DNA of 64,000 nt. Source: an uncultured delta proteobacterium. Its GTDB lineage: Bacteria; Myxococcota; Myxococcia; Myxococcales; Anaeromyxobacteraceae. The DNA is taken from assembly GCA_963845515.1 (NCBI GenBank), contig CAWJSR010000023.1:184726-248725 (forward strand), read 5' to 3'. Both the position numbers and the translations under genes were made by a program. Of the stretch, positions 29,063 through 37,695 are shown piece by piece (within the stretch, counting starts at the first letter, position 1; every line of letters begins with the position of its first letter). Under the pieces are notes generated by a model. It did no database searches and had not been told where the DNA came from. It worked only from the letters and a program-made list of their open reading frames with translations.

Positions 29063-30115
29063 ATGAAATACCGCAAGCTCGGTCGCACCGGCGTCGAAGT
29101 CAGCGTCATCGCCCTGGGCACCATGACCTTCGGCGAGCAGAACACCGAGGCCGACGGTCACGCCCAGCTCGATCTGGCGGTCGACGCCGGGGTCAACTTC
29201 ATCGACACCGCCGAGATGTACCCGGTCCCGCCGCGGCCTGAGACGCAGGGCCGGACCGAGGCGATCGTCGGCAGCTGGCTCGCGCGGTCGCCTGCGCGCC
29301 GCCAGCGGATCGTCCTCGCCACCAAGGCGGCCGGGCCGGCGCGCGACGGCGTTCGTCCCTCGCACGTCCGGGGTGGCAGGACGAGCTTCACCCGCGAGAA
29401 CCTCTTCGAGGCCCTGGACCAGAGCCTCCGGCGCCTGAAGACGGACTACGTCGACCTGTACCAGCTCCACTGGCCCGACCGGACGACCAACACCTTCGGG
29501 AGGCTCGGCTTCGAGCCGGCGAAGGACGAGGAGACCGTCTCGATCGAGGAGACGCTGGAGGCGCTCGGGCTCCTGGTGAAGAGCGGCAAGGTGCGCGCCA
29601 TCGGAGTCTCCAACGAGACGCCATGGGGGCTCGGCCGCTTCCTGCAGCTCGCGGAGGCTCGCGGCCTGCCGCGGGTGGCGAGCATCCAGAATCCCTACAG
29701 CCTCCTCAACCGCTCCTTCGAGATCGGACTCGCCGAGATCGCGTGGCGCGAGGAGGCCGGGCTGCTGGCCTACTCACCGCTCGCCTTCGGCACCCTGAGC
29801 GGCAAGTACGTCGACGGCGCGCGGCCGGAGGGGGCCCGCGTCACGCTGTTCGAGCGCTTCCAGCGTTACAGCAACGCCGAGGCCGAGCGAGCGACCAGGG
29901 AGTACGTGGAGCTCTTCCGTCGCCACGGTCTCGACCCTTCCCGGGCGGCGCTCGCGTTCGTCAACGATCGCTTCTTCGTCACCAGCACCATCGTCGGCGC
30001 TACGGCGCTAGAGCAGCTCGAGAGCAACATCTCCAGCGTCGACCTGACGCTCTCGGACGAGGTGCTGCGAGCCATCGAGGAGATCCACCGTCGCCAGCCA
30101 AACCCGGCGCCCTGA
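29063..30115 (+). CDS. tas: NADP(H)-dependent aldo/keto reductase (Tas-like)
   Basis: LGTMTFGEQNTE, NFIDTAEMYPVPP, DLYQLHWPDR, GVSNETPWG, SIQNPYSLLNR. Confidence 0.9.
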   Translation: MKYRKLGRTGVEVSVIALGTMTFGEQNTEADGHAQLDLAVDAGVNFIDTAEMYPVPPRPETQGRTEAIVGSWLARSPARRQRIVLATKAAGPARDGVRPSHVRGGRTSFTRENLFEALDQSLRRLKTDYVDLYQLHWPDRTTNTFGRLGFEPAKDEETVSIEETLEALGLLVKSGKVRAIGVSNETPWGLGRFLQLAEARGLPRVASIQNPYSLLNRSFEIGLAEIAWREEAGLLAYSPLAFGTLSGKYVDGARPEGARVTLFERFQRYSNAEAERATREYVELFRRHGLDPSRAALAFVNDRFFVTSTIVGATALEQLESNISSVDLTLSDEVLRAIEEIHRRQPNPAP

Positions 30116-30257
30116 CCTGGCTCAGCCCCGAAGGACTGATCCCGTCTCCGGCCTCCCGTTTGGAGCGCCCCTCGCGGAACCACGAAGCCTGGCGCCCACG
30201 GGGCGTCGGCGGCGCCACGGCGCTATGCTTTCACTGCACCCGTGACGGAGGTGGCTC

Positions 30258-30416
30258 ATGGCGGACGAGAAGAAGGGTGGATTCCACGCGTTCGAGCAGC
30301 GTGTCCACCAGCTGGAAGAAGAGGACGCGAAGGCGGCGCAGAAGTCTGCTCCGGGCACAGGCCAAGGCGGGAAGCGAGACGTGAAGGAGGAGCGCAAGGA
30401 GCCGAAGGAGAAGTGA
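30258..30416 (+). CDS. Small hydrophilic protein (52 aa)
   Basis: GGAGGT RBS; MADEKKGGFHAFEQRVHQLEEEDAKAAQK...KEK; below the ORF-track size cutoff. Confidence 0.55.
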   Translation: MADEKKGGFHAFEQRVHQLEEEDAKAAQKSAPGTGQGGKRDVKEERKEPKEK

Positions 30417-30450
30417 AGCTGGCTCAGCGGCCGGTCGGTGGGCCGGCCGC

Positions 30451-31137
30451 CTACCCCACCGTCTCGGGGTAGGTCATCACGAGGTAGATGACTGCCTCCT
30501 CGTCCGAGGCGTTCCCATAGAGATGCGGGACGTCGGCCTGGAAGACGACGGCATCGCCCGTGGTGAGCACCTCGCGGCGCTCACCGACCCCCAGCTCGAG
30601 CGCTCCCGCAGCAACGGCCAGGTTCTCGATGGTGCCCGGGGGGTGGGGATCGGCGTGCTCCACCCCGTGCGGCGCGAGGCGCAGCTCGTAGAACTCGACC
30701 CGCCGCGGCTTGTCGAACGGGAAGAGCGCGCGAGACGTGAACGTCCCGTCGTGCGAGGAGAGGACCTTCGCCTCGCTCCGGCGCAGGACCGACGTGCCGC
30801 GGCTGGTGTCCTCCGCGATCAGCGAGGAGAATGGGACCTCGAGCGCGCGCGCGATCCGCCAGACCACGTTTATGGTCGGCGTGCTGCGCCCCAGCTCCAC
30901 CTGGGAGAGCATCGCGCGCGAGACGCCGCTCGCCTGCGCGAGCCGCTCCAGCGAGAGGCCGCGGCGGACGCGGATGCGGCGCAGGTTGGTCCCAACCAAC
31001 GGAGTGAGGTCGCCGATCGCCTCAGCCAGCCTGGCGTGCTCCTCGGGGCTCGGCGTGGCACCGCGGCCGATCGGAGCCCTGGAGCGACGCGAGCGGGGCG
31101 GTGTCCTGGTGGCGGAGGCGGCCGCGTCGAGGCTCAC
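30451..31137 (-). CDS. XRE-family HTH regulator with cupin sensor domain (SutR/PuuR-like)
   Basis: NLRRIR..RGLSLERLA..SGVSRAMLSQVELG..PTI; C-terminal cupin HPPG...GDAVVFQADVPH.Y.N. Confidence 0.9.
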   Translation of the reverse strand: MSLDAAASATRTPPRSRRSRAPIGRGATPSPEEHARLAEAIGDLTPLVGTNLRRIRVRRGLSLERLAQASGVSRAMLSQVELGRSTPTINVVWRIARALEVPFSSLIAEDTSRGTSVLRRSEAKVLSSHDGTFTSRALFPFDKPRRVEFYELRLAPHGVEHADPHPPGTIENLAVAAGALELGVGERREVLTTGDAVVFQADVPHLYGNASDEEAVIYLVMTYPETVG

Positions 31138-31249
31138 CGTGCACCCCCGTCGGCGGCTTCGCGCCGCGCTCGGTGACGCAGCTCCTCGATGTCGGTCGCT
31201 TCGGCGGTCTGGCTCATCGCTCTCTCCGGCTCCGTTAGACTGGCGAACT

Positions 31250-31275
31250 ATCTGTTATCGCGGAACGCATGTCAA
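31250..31275 (-). promoter_or_regulatory. Operator copy 5 (31250-31265) within a candidate sigma70 promoter of the XRE gene
   Basis: ATCTGTTATCGCGGAA; minus-strand TTGACA at 31275-31270 followed after 17 nt by GATAGT. Confidence 0.65.
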
Positions 31276-31385
31276 CAGGACGGAGAGAGGTCTGCTAGAG
31301 CGGACGTGGCGGTGGACGGCGGATGGCCTCGCCCGTCGGCGCAGGGGCACCGCGCGGGTTCGCGGAGCCGCGGCTCCGGGCTGCC

Positions 31386-33020
31386 TTACCGCGGCGGGAT
31401 TGGCAGCGAGCCGGTCGCGCCGAGGCGCGCCGCCGTGGACCTCGTCGCGAGGAGCGGCCGGTGGTCGCCGGGGTTTCGCCGCCCCGCCCCGCTCGCGCGC
31501 CCATCCCGGTCGGTCAGCCGGAAGAACGAGATCGCGTGCTGCAGGGACTCCGCCTGCGCGGACATCTCCTCAGCGGTGGAGGACAGCTCCTCTGCGGCGG
31601 CTGCGTTCCGCTGCGTCACCCGGTCGACCTCGTCCATCGCCAGCGACACCTGCCGGGTTCCCGCGGCCTGCTCCTGGGAGGCCGCCACCGCCTGCTGAAC
31701 GAGCTCGGCGGTCTCGCGGATCGCAGGCACCAGGTCTGCGACGAGCGCCCCGGAGCGCTCGGCCACGGTCACGCTCCTCTGCGCGACCCCGGCGATCTGC
31801 CGGGACGCTCCCTGGGCGCGCTCCGCGAGCTTGCGCACCTCGGAGGCCACCACCGCGAACCCGCGCCCTTCCTCGCCGGCGCGGGCGGCCTCGATGGCCG
31901 CGTTGAGCGCGAGCAGGTTGGTCTGGTAGGCGATCTCCTCGATGATCGAGATCCTCTCGGCGATCTCCTTCATCGCCGCGACCGTGTCGAGCACCGCCGT
32001 GCCGCCTTCCGCCGCGGTCCTCGCGCTCGCGACGGCCAGCTGCTCCATCTGGCGGGCGTTCTCGGCGCTCCGGGTGACGGACGTGCTGATCTCCTCGAGC
32101 GACGAGGTCGTCTCCTCCACGCTCGCGGCCTGCTCGCCCGTCCCCTGCGACAAGGCCTGCGCCGTCGCCGACACCTGCTGCGACGCCTCGGTGAGCGCGT
32201 CGGCTCCGCCGCGGACCTCGCCGATCACCTGCGCGAGCCGCTCCACCATTCGCGTCATCGCGTGCAGCACCGTCGCGGTGCCGCCAGACGCCCGACCGAT
32301 GACGACGTCGAGGTCGCCGTCGGCGACCCGGTTCGCGATGTCGGCCACGACGGCGGGCTCCGCGCCGAGCGGGGCGAGGATGCTCCTGGAGACGAGCCAC
32401 GCGATGAGCCCGAAGACGGCGGCGATGCCCAGGAGGAAGAGGGCATTTCGCGTGGTCTGCTCGGAGAACGCGGCGTCCACGTCGTCGACGTAGATGCCGC
32501 TCCCGACGATCCAGCCCCACGGCGCGAAGGCCTTCACGAACGAGATCTTCCGGACCGGTGCGCTGACGCCGGGCTTCGGCCAGAGGTACTCGACGAAGCC
32601 CTCGCCCTGTCGCCTCGAGATGGCCGCGAACTCGACGAAGAGCCGCTTGCCGTTGGGGTCCTTGTAGTCGGAGAGGTCCGTCCCGTTCAGCTCGGGCTTG
32701 AACGGATGGACGATCATGAAGGGCCGGAAGTCGTTGATCCAGAAGTAGTCCTGGTCGCCGTAGCGGAGCGCCGCGACCTCGGCGATGGCGGCGGCCTTCG
32801 CTGCGTCCTCGGTCAAGGCGCCCTTCTGCGCGAGCAGCTGGTAGCGCTCCAGCACGCCGTGGGCGAGCTCGACCACGTGGCGCGTCTTCGTCCTCTTCTC
32901 CGCGTCGAGCGTGCTGCGGAGCGTGAACACCGAGGCGACCATCACGGCGGTCAGGCACGTGAGTCCAACCGCGACGAGGAGCGCGAGCTTCTTCGACGTC
33001 GTGATCCCTGCGAGGTGCAT
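31386..33020 (-). CDS. Methyl-accepting chemotaxis protein with single Cache domain
   Basis: TM-Cache (YFWIND...HP...DPNGK...YLWPKPG)-[32 protein letters not shown]. Confidence 0.96.
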   Translation of the reverse strand: MHLAGITTSKKLALLVAVGLTCLTAVMVASVFTLRSTLDAEKRTKTRHVVELAHGVLERYQLLAQKGALTEDAAKAAAIAEVAALRYGDQDYFWINDFRPFMIVHPFKPELNGTDLSDYKDPNGKRLFVEFAAISRRQGEGFVEYLWPKPGVSAPVRKISFVKAFAPWGWIVGSGIYVDDVDAAFSEQTTRNALFLLGIAAVFGLIAWLVSRSILAPLGAEPAVVADIANRVADGDLDVVIGRASGGTATVLHAMTRMVERLAQVIGEVRGGADALTEASQQVSATAQALSQGTGEQAASVEETTSSLEEISTSVTRSAENARQMEQLAVASARTAAEGGTAVLDTVAAMKEIAERISIIEEIAYQTNLLALNAAIEAARAGEEGRGFAVVASEVRKLAERAQGASRQIAGVAQRSVTVAERSGALVADLVPAIRETAELVQQAVAASQEQAAGTRQVSLAMDEVDRVTQRNAAAAEELSSTAEEMSAQAESLQHAISFFRLTDRDGRASGAGRRNPGDHRPLLATRSTAARLGATGSLPIPPR

Positions 33021-33191
33021 TGGACGTCCTCCGAGAAGCGACAGGATGCTCCCGCCGGCCCCCCCCCCGGGGGTGCAGACTCGAGCCTGCGCTCTCGCTC
33101 GACCGTACCCGATGGGGCCGCCAGGTCAACTGCGGGTGTAACCGGCGGTGCTGCGGTGCCACGCCACGGTGAGTGCGTGTGCTCCCGGCGC

Positions 33192-34311
33192 CTACGTCAG
33201 CCTCGTGCCGAACGCCCGACCGACGGCCCAGGTGATCCCGGCGGCGACGGCCGCGAGGCCGACCATGCGGAGGGCCGAGCGGAGCACGCTCGTCCCGGAG
33301 AGGAAGCCCACGAAGCCGCCGACGCCGGCGAGCACGAGCCCTGCGAGCAGGCTGGCGGCGATCACCGCGGGCGTGCCCGTCGTCACGAGGAAGGGGATCA
33401 CCGGCACGATCGCGCCCACGGAGAAGAGCGCGAAGCTCGCGACGGCCGCCCCCATCGGCGAGCCGAGGTCGTCGGGGTCCAGCCCGAGCTCTTCCCTGAT
33501 CAGCGTGTCGGCGGCGGAGTCCGGGTTCTTCAGCAGCTCGGCCGCGGTCCGCGCCGCCTGCTCGGGCGAGAGCCCCTTCTGCTGGAAGATCAGCGTGAGC
33601 TCGGCCGCCTCCTCCTCCGGGGCCTCCTGGATCTCCCGCTTCTCGAGGTCCACCTGGCGCCCGAGCAGGTCACGCTGGCTCGCCACGGAGCTGTACTCGC
33701 CGGCCGCCATCGAGAAGGCGCCCGCCAGCAGCCCGGCGAAGCCCGTGAGGACCACGGTCCTCGGCTCCACGCCGGCGCCCGAGACGCCGACGATGAGCGA
33801 GAGGTTGGAGACGAGCCCGTCGTTCATGCCGAAGATGGCGGCGCGGACCGACCCCGCGCGCCCGCTCGTCCCATGCCACTTCTCTCTCGCGGCGATGGCG
33901 GCGCGTGCGTCGGGGCGCTCTCCCTGGGGAGTCATCGCCGCCAGGGCGGCGCGGTGGGCCCGCTCCTCGATGGCCATGGCCGTCGCGTCTCCGCCCTGCA
34001 GATCGTACTTCTCGGCGTCGCCGCTCTCGGCCTGGATCACGAGCGGCACCACGGCACCCGAGCCCAGCCGGCGCGCGAGCCAGACGAGCGCGCGCACCCG
34101 CGACGACGCCCGGTTCGGCGGCAGGGGGATGCCCGCCTTCGGCGAGCTTCCGCTCCCAGATCCCGCCGTGGCGACGCTCGGCCTCGGCCATCTCGCGGAA
34201 GGCCGCCGACTTCGCCGGGTCCTTCTCCCACTTCGCGAGGCCGTCGTAGAGGGCCGCCCCGTCGCGCTCGTCGACGAGGTTCTGCATCCAGACTTCGGTG
34301 CGGGGATCCAT
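33192..34311 (-). CDS. VIT1/CCC1-family transporter with N-terminal ferritin/rubrerythrin-like domain; frameshift near 34140
   Basis: E...ALY...EAERRH N-domain; RAAIFGMNDGLVSN, AGAFSMAAGEY. Confidence 0.88.
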
Positions 34312-34377
34312 CCCGCCGAGTGTAGTCGGGGCCCGCGCGCGCGGCAGCTTCCTCTTGGGGGCGAGCCGGTGGGAGGG

Positions 34378-35001
34378 CTACTCCCCGCGCATCCAGCGCT
34401 TCAGCTCGGGCACCACCTTGCGGCTCCAGCCGCGCCCGGACCGGACCTCGAGGAATACGGCCACGAGCGCGTCGAGCAGCGCGGAGAGGCGCTGGGAGAG
34501 GAAGAGCCGCTCGAGCAGCCGCTCGTCGTCCTCCTCGGCGATCAGGTCGGGGAGCTTCGCCGCGCGGACGTCGAGGTGCTCGGCGTCCAGCGTCGCCTCC
34601 CATGACTTCTCGCCGTGCTCGATCCGCAGCCTCGCCTGGTGGACGAGCAGGCCGGCGTCGAGCGCCCGCTTCACCTGGGCGGAGTACGGGGCCTGCGTGC
34701 CGCGGGCCACGAGCTCAGTCACGTCTCCGAAGGCGCCGCGCAGCACGAGCCGTCCCGTGAAGACGACGCTGACGTCCTCGCCGTCGAGCCGCGCGAGCGC
34801 CTCGGTCGACTCGGAGCGCCAGAGGAGCCAGGTGAGCAGCTCACGCCCCAGGAAGGCGTGGCCGCGGAGGAGCTGCTCGCGCGCCGAGTCCCGCTCCTGC
34901 TCGGCGGCGTCGCGCTCGTCGGCGCCGGAGTCGACGCCGTCGATGCCCGCATCGCCTCTCAGGATGGCCGCCTCACCGCGCGCCTCGGAGCGCCGGCTCA
35001 T
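34378..35001 (-). CDS. Hypothetical protein (RdgC-like partner)
   Basis: FLGRELLTWLLW motif; start overlaps the upstream gene; pairing recalled from deltaproteobacterial genomes. Confidence 0.55.
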   Translation of the reverse strand: MSRRSEARGEAAILRGDAGIDGVDSGADERDAAEQERDSAREQLLRGHAFLGRELLTWLLWRSESTEALARLDGEDVSVVFTGRLVLRGAFGDVTELVARGTQAPYSAQVKRALDAGLLVHQARLRIEHGEKSWEATLDAEHLDVRAAKLPDLIAEEDDERLLERLFLSQRLSALLDALVAVFLEVRSGRGWSRKVVPELKRWMRGE

Positions 35002-35621
35002 CGCGCCACCTCCGCCCCGCGCGGAGCGCCGACCAGCTCGGCCGTCGGGCCCAGCTTCTCGAGCGCCGCGCCACCACGCGCCGCGAGGGCTGCCGGCGAG
35101 CCGGGCGTCAGCTTCGCGCCGAAGGCGGTCTCGAGCGCCGCGGCGATCTCATCCACCACCTTTCGCGAGGCCACCCACGCGAGCAGCTCGTTGGTCTCCA
35201 GGTTCCAGGAGAGGTCGAACGTCCTGGTGGCGATCGGGGTGCGCAGTCGCAGCTCCCGCCGGACCGTCTCGCGGGCCGAGGCCCGCTCGGCCCGCGCGGG
35301 CGGCCGACGCTGCTTCGCGACGAAGGCCGCCTCCCACTTCGCCAGCTCGACCTTCACCGCCGAGGCGCGGACCGCGACCGAGTCGATGCGCCAGGCGAAG
35401 AGGGCCCACTCGCCGAGCGCGACGGCCCCGACGCTGAACCGGGTGGAGCTGGTCTCCTCCCGCTCCACGAAGCCGGCCGAGCGATCGTCCTCGCTCCGCT
35501 GGAGGTCGAGCGGCTCGAAGGCGCCCTTGGAGAGGCTGCGGGTGAGCCACCTGCGCGGATCGCCGGCGGGAGGCTCTACGGTGAAGCGGGAGAAGGTCGC
35601 TGAGCCGCTCTGGAGTCCCAT
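34998..35621 (-). CDS. Putative RdgC-like recombination-associated protein
   Basis: MGLQSGSATFSRF, RSAGFV, FAWRID pattern. Confidence 0.55.
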   Translation of the reverse strand: MGLQSGSATFSRFTVEPPAGDPRRWLTRSLSKGAFEPLDLQRSEDDRSAGFVEREETSSTRFSVGAVALGEWALFAWRIDSVAVRASAVKVELAKWEAAFVAKQRRPPARAERASARETVRRELRLRTPIATRTFDLSWNLETNELLAWVASRKVVDEIAAALETAFGAKLTPGSPAALAARGGAALEKLGPTAELVGAPRGAEVAR

Positions 35622-35777
35622 GGGGGCGCGGACAATGGTGGAGGGGAGGGCGGGCGTCAAGCTGCGACGGCGCCTGCCCGCCGGTGGCCCTGAAGGGTCA
35701 CGACAGCCGGGACCCAGATGGCCGTTGCATGGGCCGTCGCGGCGAGGCACGAGTGGAGGTGAAGCCGAGGAGCCCCA

Positions 35778-36851
35778 GTGGTCCCGACCCCAGATCCGGC
35801 GATCCTCTCCATCGGCAGGGCGCTGCCGCCGCACTACGCGGACCAGGAGACGCTCACCGCCGCGCTCAGCGCCTTCTGGGCGCAGCAGCACTTCAATGGC
35901 GAACGGCTGGGCCAGATCCACCGGGCCGCGCTGGTGGCGGGGCGATACCTCGCGCTGCCGCTCGCCGAGTACCCCGGCCTCGACACCTTCGGGAAGCGGA
36001 ACGACGCGTACATCCGGGTGGCGCTGGAGGTGGGCGAGCGGGCGGTCCGCGATGGGCTCGCGCGCGCCGGGCTGGAGCCGCGCGACGTGGATCACCTCTA
36101 CTTCGTCACGACGACGGGGCTCTCGACCCCGTCGCTCGACGGGCGGCTGGTGAACAGGCTGGGGCTGAAGCCGTCGGTGCGGAGGACCCCCATCTTCGGC
36201 CTCGGCTGCCTCGGAGGCGCGGCCGGGATCGCGCGCGCCTGCGACGCGCTCCGCGCCTGGCCCGACGAGGTCGCGGTGATGCTCTCCGTGGAGCTCTGCT
36301 CACTCACGCTTCAGAAGGACGATCTCTCGGTCCCCAACGTCGTGGCCACCGGCCTCTTCGGCGACGGCGCGGCGGCGGTGGTGCTCGGCGGCGGCGCCCG
36401 CGCGCCCCGATCCGGCGCCCCGCGCGTCCTCGCCACCCGCTCCGTCTTCTACCCGGAGACCGAGTGGGTGATGGGCTGGGAGATCGTGGACAGCGGCTTC
36501 AAGATCCTGCTCTCGGCCAAGGTGCCGGAGGTGGTGGCCGCCAACGTCGGCGCGGACGTGGATCGCTTCCTCGCCGAGCACGACCTGCGACGCTCCGACA
36601 TCGCCCACTGGATCGCGCACACCGGCGGCCCCAGGGTGTTGGAGGCGATCCGGACCGCCCTCGACCTGTCCGAGGCGGCGCTCGCCCGGAGCTACCGCTC
36701 GCTCCGCGAGGTCGGGAACCTCTCTTCCGCCTCGGTCCTCTTCGTCCTCGGCGACCACCTCGAGGCGGGCGAGGCGCGCGAAGGGGACCTGGGGCTGCTC
36801 GCGGCGATGGGGCCCGGCTTCGCGGCCGAGCTGGCGCTCCTGCGGTGGTGA
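35778..36851 (+). CDS. Type III polyketide synthase
   Basis: Cys-His-Asn triad: GLGCLGG, AHTGGP, GNLSS; LFGDGAAA; MGPGF. Confidence 0.93.
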   Translation: MVPTPDPAILSIGRALPPHYADQETLTAALSAFWAQQHFNGERLGQIHRAALVAGRYLALPLAEYPGLDTFGKRNDAYIRVALEVGERAVRDGLARAGLEPRDVDHLYFVTTTGLSTPSLDGRLVNRLGLKPSVRRTPIFGLGCLGGAAGIARACDALRAWPDEVAVMLSVELCSLTLQKDDLSVPNVVATGLFGDGAAAVVLGGGARAPRSGAPRVLATRSVFYPETEWVMGWEIVDSGFKILLSAKVPEVVAANVGADVDRFLAEHDLRRSDIAHWIAHTGGPRVLEAIRTALDLSEAALARSYRSLREVGNLSSASVLFVLGDHLEAGEAREGDLGLLAAMGPGFAAELALLRW

Positions 36852-37423
36852 CCGTGCCGACGCCGCGCGCGCTCCTCCACGGCTACCTGGCGCTTCTCCT
36901 CGTCGAGCGCACGGTCGAGCTGCTCGTCTCCCGCCGAAACGCGCGGCGCGCGCTCGCGGCCGGTGGCGTGGAGGCCGGGCGGGGCCACTACGCGGCGATG
37001 GTCCTCTTTCACGCGGCGGTGCTGATCGCCTGCGCGGTAGAGCCCATCCTCGCGCCGCGCCAGTGGCCGCTCGCCTTCTCGTTCGCCGCCCTCGCGCTGG
37101 CGGCCCTGGCCCAGGGGCTGCGCTGGTCTGCGGTGGCGACCCTCGGCGAGCGCTGGTCCACGCGGATCGTGGTCGTCCCCGGCGCGCTGCCGGTGACAGG
37201 CGGCCCCTATCGGTTCCTGCGCCACCCCAACTACCTCGCGGTCGCGGTCGAGCTCTTCGCGGTGCCGCTCATCGGCGGCGCGATCTTCACCTCGGTCGTC
37301 GCCTCGATGGGCAACGCGCTCCTGCTCTCGATCCGGATCCCGGCGGAGGAGCGCGCGCTGGGGGACGCATGGGCGCGCGCCTTCGCTGGGCGCAGCCGGC
37401 TCCTCCCGGGGAGGCGCAGGTGA
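36848..37423 (+). CDS. Isoprenylcysteine carboxyl methyltransferase-family protein (BpsB/SrsB-like)
   Basis: LGERWSTRI, GPYRFLRHPNY, RIPAEE. Confidence 0.88.
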   Translation: MTVPTPRALLHGYLALLLVERTVELLVSRRNARRALAAGGVEAGRGHYAAMVLFHAAVLIACAVEPILAPRQWPLAFSFAALALAALAQGLRWSAVATLGERWSTRIVVVPGALPVTGGPYRFLRHPNYLAVAVELFAVPLIGGAIFTSVVASMGNALLLSIRIPAEERALGDAWARAFAGRSRLLPGRRR

Positions 37424-37695
37424 CGACCGCCGAGGCCGCCGTGGCCGCCGAGATCCTCCGGATCGTCCGCGAGGAGGTGGGCTTCGCGGGGGCGCTGCCC
37501 GGGCCCGACGAGCCGCTGGCGGGCCGCCTCGACTCGCTCATGCTCCTCACGCTGGTCGTGGCGGTCGAGGACCGGTTCCACGTCCTCCTCGACGACGACG
37601 ATTCGGCGGGCGCCCGAACCCTCTCGGACCTGGCGCGGATCGTCTCCGCGCGGGCCGAGGCCGGGCGGCTGCCGCTCGCCGGGGCGGCGCCATGA
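37420..37695 (+). CDS. Acyl carrier protein
   Basis: LDSL phosphopantetheine site; VEDRF; 91 aa. Confidence 0.82.
   Translation: MTTAEAAVAAEILRIVREEVGFAGALPGPDEPLAGRLDSLMLLTLVVAVEDRFHVLLDDDDSAGARTLSDLARIVSARAEAGRLPLAGAAP

Noticed and set aside
9850..34311. Pseudogenisation or programmed frameshifting of locus genes
   Set aside because: No slippery heptamers or in-frame stops seen; the same kind of lesion occurs in rpoD, which points to assembly error.
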